Notes: generated from the letters alone by a model not told the origin. A stretch of 20,220 nucleotides of DNA from Oscillospiraceae bacterium (GCA_022779345.1 JALFTG010000094.1:1-20220), one strand, 5' to 3'. Shown: positions 5,157-14,621, counted from the first letter of the stretch. A program made the numbers and translations.

Positions 5157-8100
5157 TCAGAATTCCACGGAAATTCCCGGATGCAGGAAGTACAGCACGC
5201 TTTTTTTCACGGGCAGGCCCGTAATTTCCGTCAGGGCCTGAGCGTAGGCGTCCACCTGACTGCGGTACAGCTCCGCCCGGGCGGGCACGCCTTCGGCAGA
5301 GACGGCGTCAGTCTTGTAGTCGATGACCGTCCAGACCCCGTCCTGCTCCACGGCGCAGTCGATGACGCCCTGGAGCAGCACCTCGTCGTCCCCGGCGCCG
5401 GGGAAGTACGCATCCGCCGGATGGAGGAGGGAGAATTTGAATTCCCGCAGCACCCGGTCCCCGTGCTTCACCGCCTGCCCCGCCGGGGAGGTGAAAAAGC
5501 CGTACACCCGTTCCGGGTCCACCACTGCCGCCTGCTGCTCCGTCAGGCACCCGGCGGCCCGGAGCCGGGCGATCTCCTGCTCCACCTGTTCCCGGGTGTC
5601 CGTTTTCCGGAAGTCGATGTGCTGGAACACCAGATGGGTGGCAGTGCCCTTCTCCGCGGCGGTGAGGGGGCGGTGGGCGCTGTCGGGACGGAAGGCCCGG
5701 AAGCTCCGGCGCTTCCCGGTGACGAGGGGTGCGGCGTCAGCGTCCGGCACATCCCCAATGTGCTTCAGCTCCGTGGCGGTGATCTTGGAGGGCAGGGCCT
5801 CCGCCGGCTGGTAGGGATATTCCCACGCCAGATTTGCCGCCAGCTGGTCCACCAGCGCCGGGTCGGCGGTCTCCGCCTCCGGGACGGATTCCTCCGTCCG
5901 GACCGGGGCGATGTCGTCCACCTCCCGGTACTCGATCCGCAGATGGTTCCCCTCATCCGCCAGGGCGGCGGAGATCAGCCAGTCTGACAGGGAACTCTGC
6001 CCGGCCAGCAGCTGGGGGGACATGGGGGAGGTGACCAGGGGGTACAGGTCGTTCACCTTTTTCTCCCCGTCCCCCACGATGGCGGTCATGTACAGATACT
6101 CCTTCGCCCGGGTCATGGCCACATACAAAAGGCGCATCTCCTCGGACAAGGTCTCCGTGTTCATCCGCCGGGCGATGGCCCGCCGGGGCATGGAGAAGTA
6201 TTCGATCCCCCGGTCCGGGTCCGTGACCTTCGGCCCCAGCCCCAGCTGGGGATGGACCAGCACCGTGGCCATGGTGTCCTGCTTGTTGAACCGCCGGGCG
6301 GTATCGCACAGGAATACGATGGGGAATTCCAGCCCCTTGGACTTGTGGATGCTCATGAGGCGCACGGCGTCGCCGCTGTCGGCGTGGGACACGGCGGGTT
6401 CCTCCCCGGATTCCGCCTGCCGCTTCAGCCATACCACGAACTGCCGCAGCCCCTGATACTGCCCCGCCTCAAACCGGGCGGCCAGATCGATCAGGGCCAT
6501 GAGGTTGGCCCGCCGGACGGCCCCGTCCTCCATGGCGGAGCTGATGGTGAGGATGTCCAGATCCCCGTACACCCGCCACAGCAGCTCGCTCAGGGGCAGA
6601 TCCGCCGCCAGGGTGCGGAAGGTGTTCAGTTTCTCCAGAAACTCCCGGCACTTTTCGTCCTCCTGGCCCCGCAGGCACAGTGCCTCAAAGAAGCTCAGCT
6701 TCTTCCCGCAGGCGCGGATGGCGGCCAGATCGTCCGGGGAGAAATCCAGATAGGGGGAGCGGAGCACGGCGATGAGCGGCACATCCTGCTGGGGATTGTC
6801 GATGATGGCCAGCAGGGACATCATCAGGGAGATCTCCGGGGTCTCATAATATCCGCCGCCCTGTTCGGACTGGACGGGGATGCCTTGAGCCGCCAGCTCC
6901 CGGCGGTACACGGCAGACACCGTGTTGGCCGAGCGCATGAGCAGCACGATGTCCCCGTACCGGGCGGGGCGCTGCACGCCGCCGTCGGTGACAGGGGTGC
7001 CGCTGTCGATCAGCTCCCGGATGCGCCGGGCCACGAAAGCGGCCTCACAGGCGTGGGCGTCCGGGGATTCCTCCCCCTCATCCGCATCCGGCTTGTTCAC
7101 CAGATACAGCGTGGGCAGGGGGACGCTGCCCTCGTAGTCTGCCCCGCACTGCAGGCGGGCGTGCCCGTCATAGTCCAGCTCGCCCAGCTGCCGGGACATG
7201 ATGTTTTCAAACACCGCGTTGGCCGCGTCCAGCACCTCATGCCGGGAGCGGAAGTTCTGCTGGAGCAGGATGCGCCGGGGCGCACCCGGTTCGGCGGTGT
7301 CATAGTCGGCGTAGGTCAGGTACTTCTCCGTGAAGATGCCCGGGTCCGCCAGCCGGAACCGGTAGATGGACTGCTTCACATCCCCCACGGTGAACAGGTT
7401 TGTCCCGTCCCGGGACAGGCACCGGAAAATCAGCTCCTGCACGGCGTTCACATCCTGGTATTCGTCCACCATGATCTCCGTGTACCGGCTGCTCAGCTCC
7501 CGTGCCAGCTCTGTAGGCTGATCGTTTTCATCCGCCAGCAGCTTTGCGGCGAAGTGCTCCAGATCGGCGTAGTCCACAAAGTCCCGGCGGCGCTTCTCGG
7601 CGGCGTAGGCCCGGTCAAACTCCAGGGTCACCCGGAGCAGGGCGTCCATGGCCGGGGCGGTTTTCCGCATATCCGCCAGTACCTTGGCCGACGGCTCGGA
7701 AAATTCCGCCTTCAGCTTGGCGCAGGCCTTTTTGCAGGCGTCCCGCCGGGCTTTGATGCCCTCCGCCACCTCCGGGTGTTTCGGATTTCGCAGTCCACCC
7801 AGCCGGGGGAAGGGGATGTCGGCGTACATGGCCGCCTTGTCCCAGCCCTGCTCCGCCGCCCGGACAAAGGCGCGCAGGCCGTCGGCGGTTTCACCGATGC
7901 TGGCGGCGTATTTGGCCCCGATGTAGGCGTACTCCGGCTCGTTCATCAGCCCCAGCAGCCCGTCCATGACATCGGCCCAGTAGGCGGCGTCGGCGGCATT
8001 GCTGCTGAGCAGATACCGGCCCCAGACCGTGTCTCCGGCATCGGTGATGTCCCGGGCGTACAGACCGTCCCGCCGGGATTCGGCCCACCGCTCCGGGTCC

Positions 8101-8663
8101 GGGTGGCTCTGCATTTTCGTGTGCAGGTTCAGAATCAGCGCTTCCAGCCGGGCATCGTCCCGTCCGGCGCCCACGGTGTCCGCCAGCAGGCGGAAATCCG
8201 GGTCCGTATCGATCTTCTCATACCGGGCTTCCAGCACTTTCGTCAGCGCCGTCTGCTTCATGGCCTCCGCCCGGTCGTTTTCCAGAATTTTGAAGTCCGG
8301 AGACAGCCCCAGGGGCAGGGCGTGGTCCCGGAGAAGGGACGCACAGAAGCCGTGGATGGTGCTGATCTGGGCATGGGGCACCAGGGCGTACTGCCGCCGC
8401 AGGGCGGCGTTGCCGGGATCATCGGCCATGCGCCGGGTGATCTCGTCCATGATCCGCCCCCGCAGTTCTCCGGCGGCGGCACGGGTGTAGGTGATGATGA
8501 GAAAGCTGTCGATGCTTTTCGGGTCTGCTCCCGTGATCCAGGCCATGAGCCGCTCGGTGAGCACCTTGGTCTTGCCGGACCCGGCGGCGGCGGACACGAG
8601 GATGCCGCTGCCCCGGCCGTCAATGGCCTGCTGCTGTTCTCTTGTGGGGGTAAATTCAGCCAC
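5157..8663 (-). CDS. addA: ATP-dependent helicase/nuclease subunit A (AddA, UvrD-like helicase plus C-terminal PD-(D/E)XK nuclease)
   Basis: 1168 aa. Walker A is VSAAAGSGKTKVL. UvrD/PcrA-type motifs are present (TFTRAA-like ITYTRAAAGEL, VDEYQDVN, GDVKQSIYRFR, QNFRS, SIHKSKGLEFP, LLYVAMTRAK). The C-terminal nuclease motif is VIDYKTD. It uses a GTG start at 8663 with GGAG 9 nt upstream, and sits immediately downstream of addB. Confidence 0.93.
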   Translation of the reverse strand: MAEFTPTREQQQAIDGRGSGILVSAAAGSGKTKVLTERLMAWITGADPKSIDSFLIITYTRAAAGELRGRIMDEITRRMADDPGNAALRRQYALVPHAQISTIHGFCASLLRDHALPLGLSPDFKILENDRAEAMKQTALTKVLEARYEKIDTDPDFRLLADTVGAGRDDARLEALILNLHTKMQSHPDPERWAESRRDGLYARDITDAGDTVWGRYLLSSNAADAAYWADVMDGLLGLMNEPEYAYIGAKYAASIGETADGLRAFVRAAEQGWDKAAMYADIPFPRLGGLRNPKHPEVAEGIKARRDACKKACAKLKAEFSEPSAKVLADMRKTAPAMDALLRVTLEFDRAYAAEKRRRDFVDYADLEHFAAKLLADENDQPTELARELSSRYTEIMVDEYQDVNAVQELIFRCLSRDGTNLFTVGDVKQSIYRFRLADPGIFTEKYLTYADYDTAEPGAPRRILLQQNFRSRHEVLDAANAVFENIMSRQLGELDYDGHARLQCGADYEGSVPLPTLYLVNKPDADEGEESPDAHACEAAFVARRIRELIDSGTPVTDGGVQRPARYGDIVLLMRSANTVSAVYRRELAAQGIPVQSEQGGGYYETPEISLMMSLLAIIDNPQQDVPLIAVLRSPYLDFSPDDLAAIRACGKKLSFFEALCLRGQEDEKCREFLEKLNTFRTLAADLPLSELLWRVYGDLDILTISSAMEDGAVRRANLMALIDLAARFEAGQYQGLRQFVVWLKRQAESGEEPAVSHADSGDAVRLMSIHKSKGLEFPIVFLCDTARRFNKQDTMATVLVHPQLGLGPKVTDPDRGIEYFSMPRRAIARRMNTETLSEEMRLLYVAMTRAKEYLYMTAIVGDGEKKVNDLYPLVTSPMSPQLLAGQSSLSDWLISAALADEGNHLRIEYREVDDIAPVRTEESVPEAETADPALVDQLAANLAWEYPYQPAEALPSKITATELKHIGDVPDADAAPLVTGKRRSFRAFRPDSAHRPLTAAEKGTATHLVFQHIDFRKTDTREQVEQEIARLRAAGCLTEQQAAVVDPERVYGFFTSPAGQAVKHGDRVLREFKFSLLHPADAYFPGAGDDEVLLQGVIDCAVEQDGVWTVIDYKTDAVSAEGVPARAELYRSQVDAYAQALTEITGLPVKKSVLYFLHPGISVEF

Positions 8664-11600
8664 GGTCCAGCGCTCCTTTCATCATCTCCCACACCTTTGT
8701 GGCCGGGAGACCCGGCAGGTACCGCCGGGCGTCCCCGTGGCGGCCCTCCTCAAAGTAACAGGCGTCGGCGTAGTCACAGAACATACAGGCGTTTTTCTGC
8801 TGGGATTTATAGTAGGGGTCGGCGGCGATGCTGCCGCTTTTCAGTTCACAGGCCAGTTTCCGGAGGGTGGCGTCGATGTGCCGGGCCAGAATCCCCATCT
8901 GCTCGGCGGTGGCCAGGGCTTCCGGCGCGGAGGAACCCCGCTTTTTCACGGTGACGGGGATGTACCGGTATTCCTCCCCCTCCTCCATGGCGGCGATCAC
9001 TGCGTCGTCCTGCAGAATCAGGCCGGAACGGAGATGCTGTTTGGATTTCAGCTTGGCGATCTCCTCATCGGACAGGTCGGCATCACTGCGGACCGCCTTG
9101 TCAAAGGCGGGGACATACAGCACTCCGGCGGGGACAATCTCCTTGCCGTACAGCTCCTGCCCGCACTGCTCCAGCGTGAACAGATACAGCAGCATCTGGA
9201 GATTCATGCCGTACCACACATCGGACAGGGAGAACTCCTTCCGGCCGGTCTTGTAGTCCACCACCCGGAGGTACAGCTTGCCCTCGTGCTCCCAGCCGTC
9301 CACCCGGTCGGCGATGCCCGTGAGCACCAGACTGTCCTCTCCCTCGCCCAGCTCCATGGGCGGGATCTGGTCGGCGTTGCCGAAGTCCAGCTCGAAGCTC
9401 AGCGGCTCAAATTCGGACCGGCGCAGCTCTCCCGCCATGTCGTCCACCACGGCCCGGACATCCCGGGTCAGGCGGCGGAACAGATAGACGAACCGGGGGC
9501 TTTTCTCCCGAAAATCGTTCAGGTATTCGGTAATATACTGCCCGATGGCGGCGTCCGTCAGGGCGTGGAGGGTGTCGTCATCCACCTCCCGGAACCCGCC
9601 CCGGGCCATCACATCCCCGGCCACCCGCTCCAGCACATAGTGCATGAAGGTGCCCATCTCCGGCGGAGCAAAAGCGGCGGGCTGCCGGGGCCTGGCGTTC
9701 AGGCCGTACTGGAGAAAGTAGGCGAAGCGGCAGGAGGCGAACTTGTCGATCCGGGAGGCGGACAGCCGGGGCTTGTCCCCGTACAGCTGCTCCACCGCCC
9801 GGCGGGACAGCTGGCCCCGGCTCTGCCCGGCGGCGGTGCGGAGCCGGAACAGTTCGTCCGGGTCCTCTTTTTCAAACCAGGCGCAGGCCGCCCGGGCCTG
9901 CCCGCCCGCTGTGGGGGTGCGCAGGGCAAAGGCCGCCAGCTCCAGGGCGCTGCCCCGGCTCTGGGCCTTGCACACCGCCGTGTCGATTGGGCGGACGGGG
10001 GCGTCAAACAGGGCCGCAGCCCGGTTCATGACGATGGAGGGACGGCTGTCCCCGTCATCGGCGTAAGTCATGGTCAGGCTCTCCTTCGGCAGGGTCAGGC
10101 AGTTGTAGATCAGACTGAACTCCCGCCACAGTTCCGCCTCTCCGCAGGAACCCAGGTCCAGCCCGGCTTCCAGCAGCCGCTCCCGGTCCTCGGCGGAGAA
10201 CACGCCGGTGGTGTCGTCCGGCCGGGGGAGGTTTGCGTCAGAGGCGCCCAGCACGATGAGATGCTTGATATTTCTCCGCCGCATCCGGTCCATCTCGCCG
10301 GCGCTCACCCGGTCCACGGCGATGGGGATGGTGCCCACATCGTACTGGGAGAGCATGAGGGAGAACAGTTTGGCGAAGGTCTCTGTGTCCATCTCCGTAT
10401 CTCCCAGCAGGGCCTCGAACTGCTCCATGGCGGTGAGGGTGATCTCCCACAGCCCGGCGCACTCGGCGGCCTGCTGGGGATAGCCCGCCGCCTCCAGAGC
10501 GTCCGCCTGCCGTTCCAGATGCTCTGCCGTGTGCAGCTGCTCCAGCAGGGAGGCCAGGGCGGCGATGTGGTCCCGGCCGGTCTCAGCGGATGCCTCCGCC
10601 TCTGTCAGGGCGGCCAGAGGGGCGGCTGTCTGCCGGCGCAGGGCGTTAATCCGCGCCAGGGCGGCGTTGTCCCCGTCGGTCCAGGTGTCGGAGTACCCCG
10701 CCGGGTGGAGGGTCCAGTCCGCCTCCCGGGTCCACAGGGTGCCCCGGAGGTTCCACAAAAGCACATAGTTTTCCAGAGCATCGCACTCCGCCGGGGTCAT
10801 GCCCGTCAGGCCCGTGCGGAGATAGGCGAACACATCGTCCGCCTCCCAGCCGCCGGTGATGATCTCATAGGCGGAGGAGATCAGCAGGGGCAGGGGCTTG
10901 GAGAGCAGGTCGGTCTTTTTCGCAAAGTACAGAGGCACCCCGTATTTCCGGAAGGTGCTGTCCAGAATCGTCTCATAGGCGTCAAAGCCCCGGACGGCCA
11001 CGGCGATGTCCCGCCAGCGGCAGCCCGTGTCCCGGACCAGGGTGATGGCGGCGGCCGCCGCCAGCTCGCACTCGGCGGCGATGCTGTCCCCGGCATAGAG
11101 CCGGATGCGCCCCTCCGGGTCCGGGCAGCGCAGGCGGGTATAGGTGAACAGATGCTCCCCGAAGAAGGTGAGGGGGGCGTCCGGGGTTCGGCTTTCCATG
11201 TGGATGTGCTCCGGGACCATGCCCCGGTCCTCTGCCTCCCGGCGGAGATGCCGGTAAGTGGTCAGGGGGATGGCGAACACCTCGTTCTCCGGCTCCCGGG
11301 GATCGCAGGTCAGGCACACGGTCAGGTCGCACCCGGCATCCAGCAGAGCGGAGAGGATGTTCCGCTGCTGGCGGGTGAAGTCCGTGAAGCCGTCGATGTA
11401 CACCCGGATGCCCCCCATGTCCGCGTCGGGAATGCGCTCCGCCAGCCGGGTGAGCCGGTCGGTGGGGTCCGTGTGGCCCTCACTGACCACGCTGTCGTAC
11501 ATCCCGGCCAGAAGGGCCAGGTCATAGAGCTTGTCCTCCAGTACGCCGCCGCAGGCCTTTCCGGCCTCCAGCAGGTCCTCCGGGGTGATGCAGGCGGTTT

Positions 11601-11979
11601 TCAGCTCGGTCACCGCGTCCAGCAGCTGGCTCTGCAGGCGCACCTGTTTCCTTGCGGCGCCGTAAAACCGCAGCTGGGAAAACACCCTGGACACGGCCAG
11701 GGACATGCACAGCAGCTGTCCGCCCTTGTCCAGAGGCGGCAGTTCCCCGCTGCCCAGCATCCGGTCCACCCACCGGGCCAGCCCCGTGAAGCTGAGCACC
11801 TCCGCATACAGCGACAGCCCCGGGCCGCACACCCGGCACAGTTCCCGCTCCGCCTCATGGCTGTACTGCTCCGGCACGATCAGGATGCTCCGGCGCCGGG
11901 CCGTCACATCCTCCCGGATGCGCTCCATGAGATATGTGGTTTTTCCTGTTCCGGCCCTGCCGGTGACGATGGTGAGCAT
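8656..11979 (-). CDS. addB: ATP-dependent helicase/nuclease subunit B (AddB, with a C-terminal Fe-S nuclease domain)
   Basis: 1107 aa. The N-terminal P-loop is TGRAGTGKTT. The C-terminal RecB-type motif is VVDYKTGRK. Four Cys match the AddB iron staple (ASCRFAYF ... CMFCDYADAC). GGAGG lies 7 nt upstream of ATG 11979. The stop overlaps the addA GTG start (GTGGCTGA). Confidence 0.93.
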   Translation of the reverse strand: MLTIVTGRAGTGKTTYLMERIREDVTARRRSILIVPEQYSHEAERELCRVCGPGLSLYAEVLSFTGLARWVDRMLGSGELPPLDKGGQLLCMSLAVSRVFSQLRFYGAARKQVRLQSQLLDAVTELKTACITPEDLLEAGKACGGVLEDKLYDLALLAGMYDSVVSEGHTDPTDRLTRLAERIPDADMGGIRVYIDGFTDFTRQQRNILSALLDAGCDLTVCLTCDPREPENEVFAIPLTTYRHLRREAEDRGMVPEHIHMESRTPDAPLTFFGEHLFTYTRLRCPDPEGRIRLYAGDSIAAECELAAAAAITLVRDTGCRWRDIAVAVRGFDAYETILDSTFRKYGVPLYFAKKTDLLSKPLPLLISSAYEIITGGWEADDVFAYLRTGLTGMTPAECDALENYVLLWNLRGTLWTREADWTLHPAGYSDTWTDGDNAALARINALRRQTAAPLAALTEAEASAETGRDHIAALASLLEQLHTAEHLERQADALEAAGYPQQAAECAGLWEITLTAMEQFEALLGDTEMDTETFAKLFSLMLSQYDVGTIPIAVDRVSAGEMDRMRRRNIKHLIVLGASDANLPRPDDTTGVFSAEDRERLLEAGLDLGSCGEAELWREFSLIYNCLTLPKESLTMTYADDGDSRPSIVMNRAAALFDAPVRPIDTAVCKAQSRGSALELAAFALRTPTAGGQARAACAWFEKEDPDELFRLRTAAGQSRGQLSRRAVEQLYGDKPRLSASRIDKFASCRFAYFLQYGLNARPRQPAAFAPPEMGTFMHYVLERVAGDVMARGGFREVDDDTLHALTDAAIGQYITEYLNDFREKSPRFVYLFRRLTRDVRAVVDDMAGELRRSEFEPLSFELDFGNADQIPPMELGEGEDSLVLTGIADRVDGWEHEGKLYLRVVDYKTGRKEFSLSDVWYGMNLQMLLYLFTLEQCGQELYGKEIVPAGVLYVPAFDKAVRSDADLSDEEIAKLKSKQHLRSGLILQDDAVIAAMEEGEEYRYIPVTVKKRGSSAPEALATAEQMGILARHIDATLRKLACELKSGSIAADPYYKSQQKNACMFCDYADACYFEEGRHGDARRYLPGLPATKVWEMMKGALDRG

Positions 11980-12011
11980 GGCGTCCCCTCCGAATAGGAA
12001 TCTTTTGCAGT

Positions 12012-12020
12012 ATTATATCA
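12012..12020 (-). promoter_or_regulatory. Candidate extended -10 promoter (TGaTATAAT) for addB-addA
   Basis: Read on the minus strand, 12020..12012 is TGATATAAT, about 33 nt upstream of the addB ATG. No convincing -35 is present. Confidence 0.45.
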
Positions 12021-12044
12021 TATTCTGACAGGATGAGTATAACA

Positions 12045-12280
12045 AAACCGCTGTCCCGGAAACGGGAGAGCGGGAGGAAATTAGAAATGAGGAATTTAGT
12101 GGGTGCGCTGTCTTTTTGCTTCGCAGAATTCGGCTCCGCAGAGCCGAAGAAAGTTCAGTCTGTTTTTTCGGCAGCTTCGCCGTCGAAAAAACACTTCTCA
12201 CGGAGAGAGTGTGCCCGTAGGGCGCGCGAACGCAGTGCAATCCCATCGTTCAAACCGACAGGTTTGAACGAGTATAGCCG
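12045..12280. repeat. Non-coding mosaic of at least five stem-loops plus a degenerate RAATTAG heptad tract
   Basis: Hairpins: 12048-12073 (CCGCTgTCCCG GAAA CGGGAgAGCGG), 12129-12148 (TTCGGCTC cgca GAGCCGAA), 12163-12191 (TTTTTTCG...CGAAAAAA) and 12247-12270 (CGTTCAAACC gaca GGTTTGAACG). The heptad-like tract is at 12078-12099. No credible ORF is present. Confidence 0.6.
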
Positions 12281-12316
12281 AAAAAAGCCCGTCGGCAGAG
12301 GCCGACAGGCTTGTTT
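12281..12316 (-). terminator. Rho-independent terminator of rpmB
   Basis: Read on the minus strand: AAGCCTGTCGGC ctct GCCGACGGGCTT followed by TTTTTT. It lies about 22 nt past the rpmB stop. Confidence 0.75.
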
Positions 12317-12337
12317 CGGGTAAAATCAATTACGCAA

Positions 12338-12523
12338 TTATGCGCGGGTGACCTTGCCGCTGCGCAGGCAGCGGGTGCAGACGTAAACATGCTTGGGAGT
12401 TCCGTCCACGATGGCCTTGACGCGCTTCACATTGGGTTTCCAGGTGCGGTTGGACCGTCTGTGAGAGTGGGAAACCTGGATGCCGAAAGACACATCCTTG
12501 TCGCAAAACTGACATTTTGCCAT
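12338..12523 (-). CDS. rpmB: 50S ribosomal protein L28 (Cys-containing form)
   Basis: The sequence MAKCQFCDKDVSFGIQVSHSHRRSNRTWKPNVKRVKAIVDGTPKHVYVCTRCLRSGKVTRA is a typical L28 (SHSHRRSNR.W.PN). GAGGAGG lies 9 nt upstream of the ATG. Confidence 0.9.
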   Translation of the reverse strand: MAKCQFCDKDVSFGIQVSHSHRRSNRTWKPNVKRVKAIVDGTPKHVYVCTRCLRSGKVTRA

Positions 12524-12569
12524 TCTGAAGCACCTCCTCGAATTTAATATGCTGAAAAACAGCTATATC

Positions 12570-12598
12570 ATGATACCAGAAAGCAGCGCTGAATGCAA
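12570..12598 (-). promoter_or_regulatory. Candidate sigma-A promoter for rpmB
   Basis: Read on the minus strand: TTGCAT (12598..12593), a 17-nt spacer, then TGgTATCAT with the -10 TATCAT at 12575..12570. Confidence 0.5.
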
Positions 12599-12657
12599 GA
12601 AAAATTTTCAATCCGGGAAAAAACTTCTGAATTGCCCGGCAAAGGCAGGCGGAGCCA

Positions 12658-12686
12658 TTGCCAAAACCGGGGAAATTGGTTAAAAT
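12658..12686 (+). promoter_or_regulatory. Candidate sigma-A promoter for the hprK-murB-rapZ block
   Basis: TTGCCA (12658-12663), a 17-nt spacer, then TAAAAT (12681-12686), about 43 nt upstream of the hprK start. Confidence 0.4.
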
Positions 12687-12728
12687 AAGATATTAGATAT
12701 TTGCACCGTATGAAAGGGGAATTGCGCT

Positions 12729-13658
12729 GTGAGTCAGTATTCCGTACCTTTGAAAACCATCGTGGAGGAGCTGGAACTGGAGATCCTCCGGAAGTCCAGC
12801 GACTATGAGCAGAAAGTCATCACAAAAGCGGATGTGAACCGCCCGGCATTGCAGCTGGCGGGCTTTTATAACTATTTTGATCCCCACCGGCTCCAGTGCA
12901 TCGGCCGGGTGGAGAGCACCTTTCTGGAATCCCTCTCTCCCCGGGACCGGAACCGGTCCTTTGAGGAGTTTATGAAGCAGGACATCGATGGGCTGATCAT
13001 CTGCCACAACTGTGTGCCCTTCCCGGAGTGCCTGGCCATGGCGGAGAAATATGACCGGAATGTGTTCCAGATCCAGGAGGACACCTCCAAATTCATGGCC
13101 GATCTGATCGACACCCTCACCGGCTATCTGGCGCCCCGGAAGACCATCCACGGCGTGCTGGTGGAGGTGTTCGGCGAGGGCGTGCTCATCACCGGCGAGT
13201 CCGGCGCGGGCAAGAGCGAGGCCGCCCTGGCCCTGATCACCCGGGGCCACCGGCTGGTGGCGGACGACGCCGTGGAGATCAAGCGTCTTTCCAAAAAAAG
13301 ACTGCGCGGCTGTGCGCCGGAACTCATAAGATATTACATGGAGCTGCGGGGCATCGGCATCATCAACGCCAAGGAAGTCTACGGCTGGAGCGCCGTGAAG
13401 CCGGAGACGGATATCGACCTGATTGTCCACCTGGAATACTGGGATGAGGACAAATTCTATGACCGGCTGGGCATCGACACGGAGTATGAGGAGATCATGG
13501 GAGTGAAGGTCCCCAGCATCACCATTCCGGTGCGCCCTGGCCGGAACCTGGCCGTCATCATCGAGCTGGCCACGCTGAACAACCGGCAGAAAAAGATGGG
13601 CAACAATGCCGCCCAGATGCTGTCGGACTCCATGGACCAGCAGATGCGGGGGAATTGA
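12729..13658 (+). CDS. hprK: HPr kinase/phosphorylase
   Basis: 309 aa. It contains the Walker A GESGAGKSE, the HprK signature LVADDAVEI and ELRGIGIIN. GTG start at 12729, preceded by AAGGGGA. Confidence 0.92.
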   Translation: MSQYSVPLKTIVEELELEILRKSSDYEQKVITKADVNRPALQLAGFYNYFDPHRLQCIGRVESTFLESLSPRDRNRSFEEFMKQDIDGLIICHNCVPFPECLAMAEKYDRNVFQIQEDTSKFMADLIDTLTGYLAPRKTIHGVLVEVFGEGVLITGESGAGKSEAALALITRGHRLVADDAVEIKRLSKKRLRGCAPELIRYYMELRGIGIINAKEVYGWSAVKPETDIDLIVHLEYWDEDKFYDRLGIDTEYEEIMGVKVPSITIPVRPGRNLAVIIELATLNNRQKKMGNNAAQMLSDSMDQQMRGN

Positions 13659-13675
13659 GTTTGGGAGAGAAGGCA

Positions 13676-14593
13676 ATGGAGAAATCCCTGTTGTATGAAG
13701 CAGTGAAAGGGGCATTCCCGGGACTGGATGTGCGGGCCTGGGAGCCCATGACCCGGCATACCACCTTCCGTATCGGAGGCCGGGCGGAGGTGTTTGTCCG
13801 CCCGGCCTCCCCGGAGGAGACGGCGGCGGTCTGCGCCTTTTTCCGGGAGAAGGGCGTGAAGCCCTTCCTCATGGGCCGGGGCAGCAACCTGCTGTTTGCC
13901 GATGAGGACCTGCCCGGCGCGGTGATTCAGCTGGCGGAGAATCTGTCCGGCGTGGAGCGCACCGGGGAGCGGACCCTGTATGCCCTGGCGGGCACGACCC
14001 TGGCGGGTCTGGCCCAGACCGCCCGGCAGGCAGGGCTGGCGGGCATGGAGTTTGCCGGGGGCATCCCCGGGGCCATGGGCGGCGGCGTGACCATGAACGC
14101 CGGGGCCTACGGCGGGGAGATGAAGGACATCGTCACAAGGGTGGACTATCTGGACAAAGACCTGACCCTCCGGTCCCTGCCGGGGACGGACTGCGGTTTC
14201 CGCTATCGGGACAGTGTGTTCTCCGCACCGGGCAGGGTGATCCTGGGGGCGGAGCTGACGCTGACGCCGGATGACCCGGCGGAGATCGGGGCGCGGATGG
14301 AGACCCTGCGGGAGAAGCGGGTGGCCAGCCAGCCCCTGGACTGGCCCAGCGCGGGCAGCACCTTCAAGCGGCCCGTGGGCGGCTTTGCGGCGCAGATGAT
14401 CGACGAGGCGGGGCTGAAGGGCTATGCCGTGGGCGGAGCCCAGGTGTCGGAAAAACACGCGGGCTTTGTGATCAACCGTGGCGGCGCCACCTGCGGCGAT
14501 GTGCTGGCGTTGATGGAGCACATTCAGAAGACCGTCCAGGCCCGCACCGGCATCCTGCTGGAGCCGGAAGTGAAAATCATCCGCGCGCTGTGA
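13676..14593 (+). CDS. murB: UDP-N-acetylenolpyruvoylglucosamine reductase
   Basis: MurB type-II pattern: TTFRIGGRAE, GRGSNLL, GIPGAMGGGVTMNAGAYGGE, FRYRDS, PSAGSTFKRP, GGAQVSEKHAGFVIN. I preferred ATG 13676 (GGGAGAG SD) to the track's TTG 13655, which overlaps the hprK stop. Confidence 0.92.
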   Translation: MEKSLLYEAVKGAFPGLDVRAWEPMTRHTTFRIGGRAEVFVRPASPEETAAVCAFFREKGVKPFLMGRGSNLLFADEDLPGAVIQLAENLSGVERTGERTLYALAGTTLAGLAQTARQAGLAGMEFAGGIPGAMGGGVTMNAGAYGGEMKDIVTRVDYLDKDLTLRSLPGTDCGFRYRDSVFSAPGRVILGAELTLTPDDPAEIGARMETLREKRVASQPLDWPSAGSTFKRPVGGFAAQMIDEAGLKGYAVGGAQVSEKHAGFVINRGGATCGDVLALMEHIQKTVQARTGILLEPEVKIIRAL

Positions 14594-14621
14594 GCGCGTT
14601 TGCAAACAAGAGGGGAACGGT

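Noticed and set aside
4615-5241. 208-aa plus-strand ORF, and the 92-aa minus ORF 4661..4939
   Set aside because: They read straight through the 107-nt repeat (giving the repeat-derived peptides ...LRGPQGRGNPF... and ...GFPR...PRND...), then through a terminator and the antisense of rpmE. The equivalent ORFs over copy B (15539..15847) are likewise repeat artefacts.
6252-11997. 900-aa (6252..8954) and 1168-aa (8491..11997) plus-strand ORFs
   Set aside because: They are antisense to addA and addB, which contain full helicase and nuclease motif sets. The plus-strand translations have no recognisable motifs and extreme Gly/Pro/Arg/Val/Gln bias.
12013-12323. ORFs of 96 aa (plus strand, with an internal GGAGG-n9-ATG at about 12087 giving MRNLVGALSF...) and 77 aa (minus strand) in the rpmB-addB spacer
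   Set aside because: Both frames traverse successive hairpins and the rpmB terminator, and neither resembles any protein family I recognise. The SD-like GGAGG is part of the repeat. Translation of a small peptide from 12087 cannot be fully excluded.
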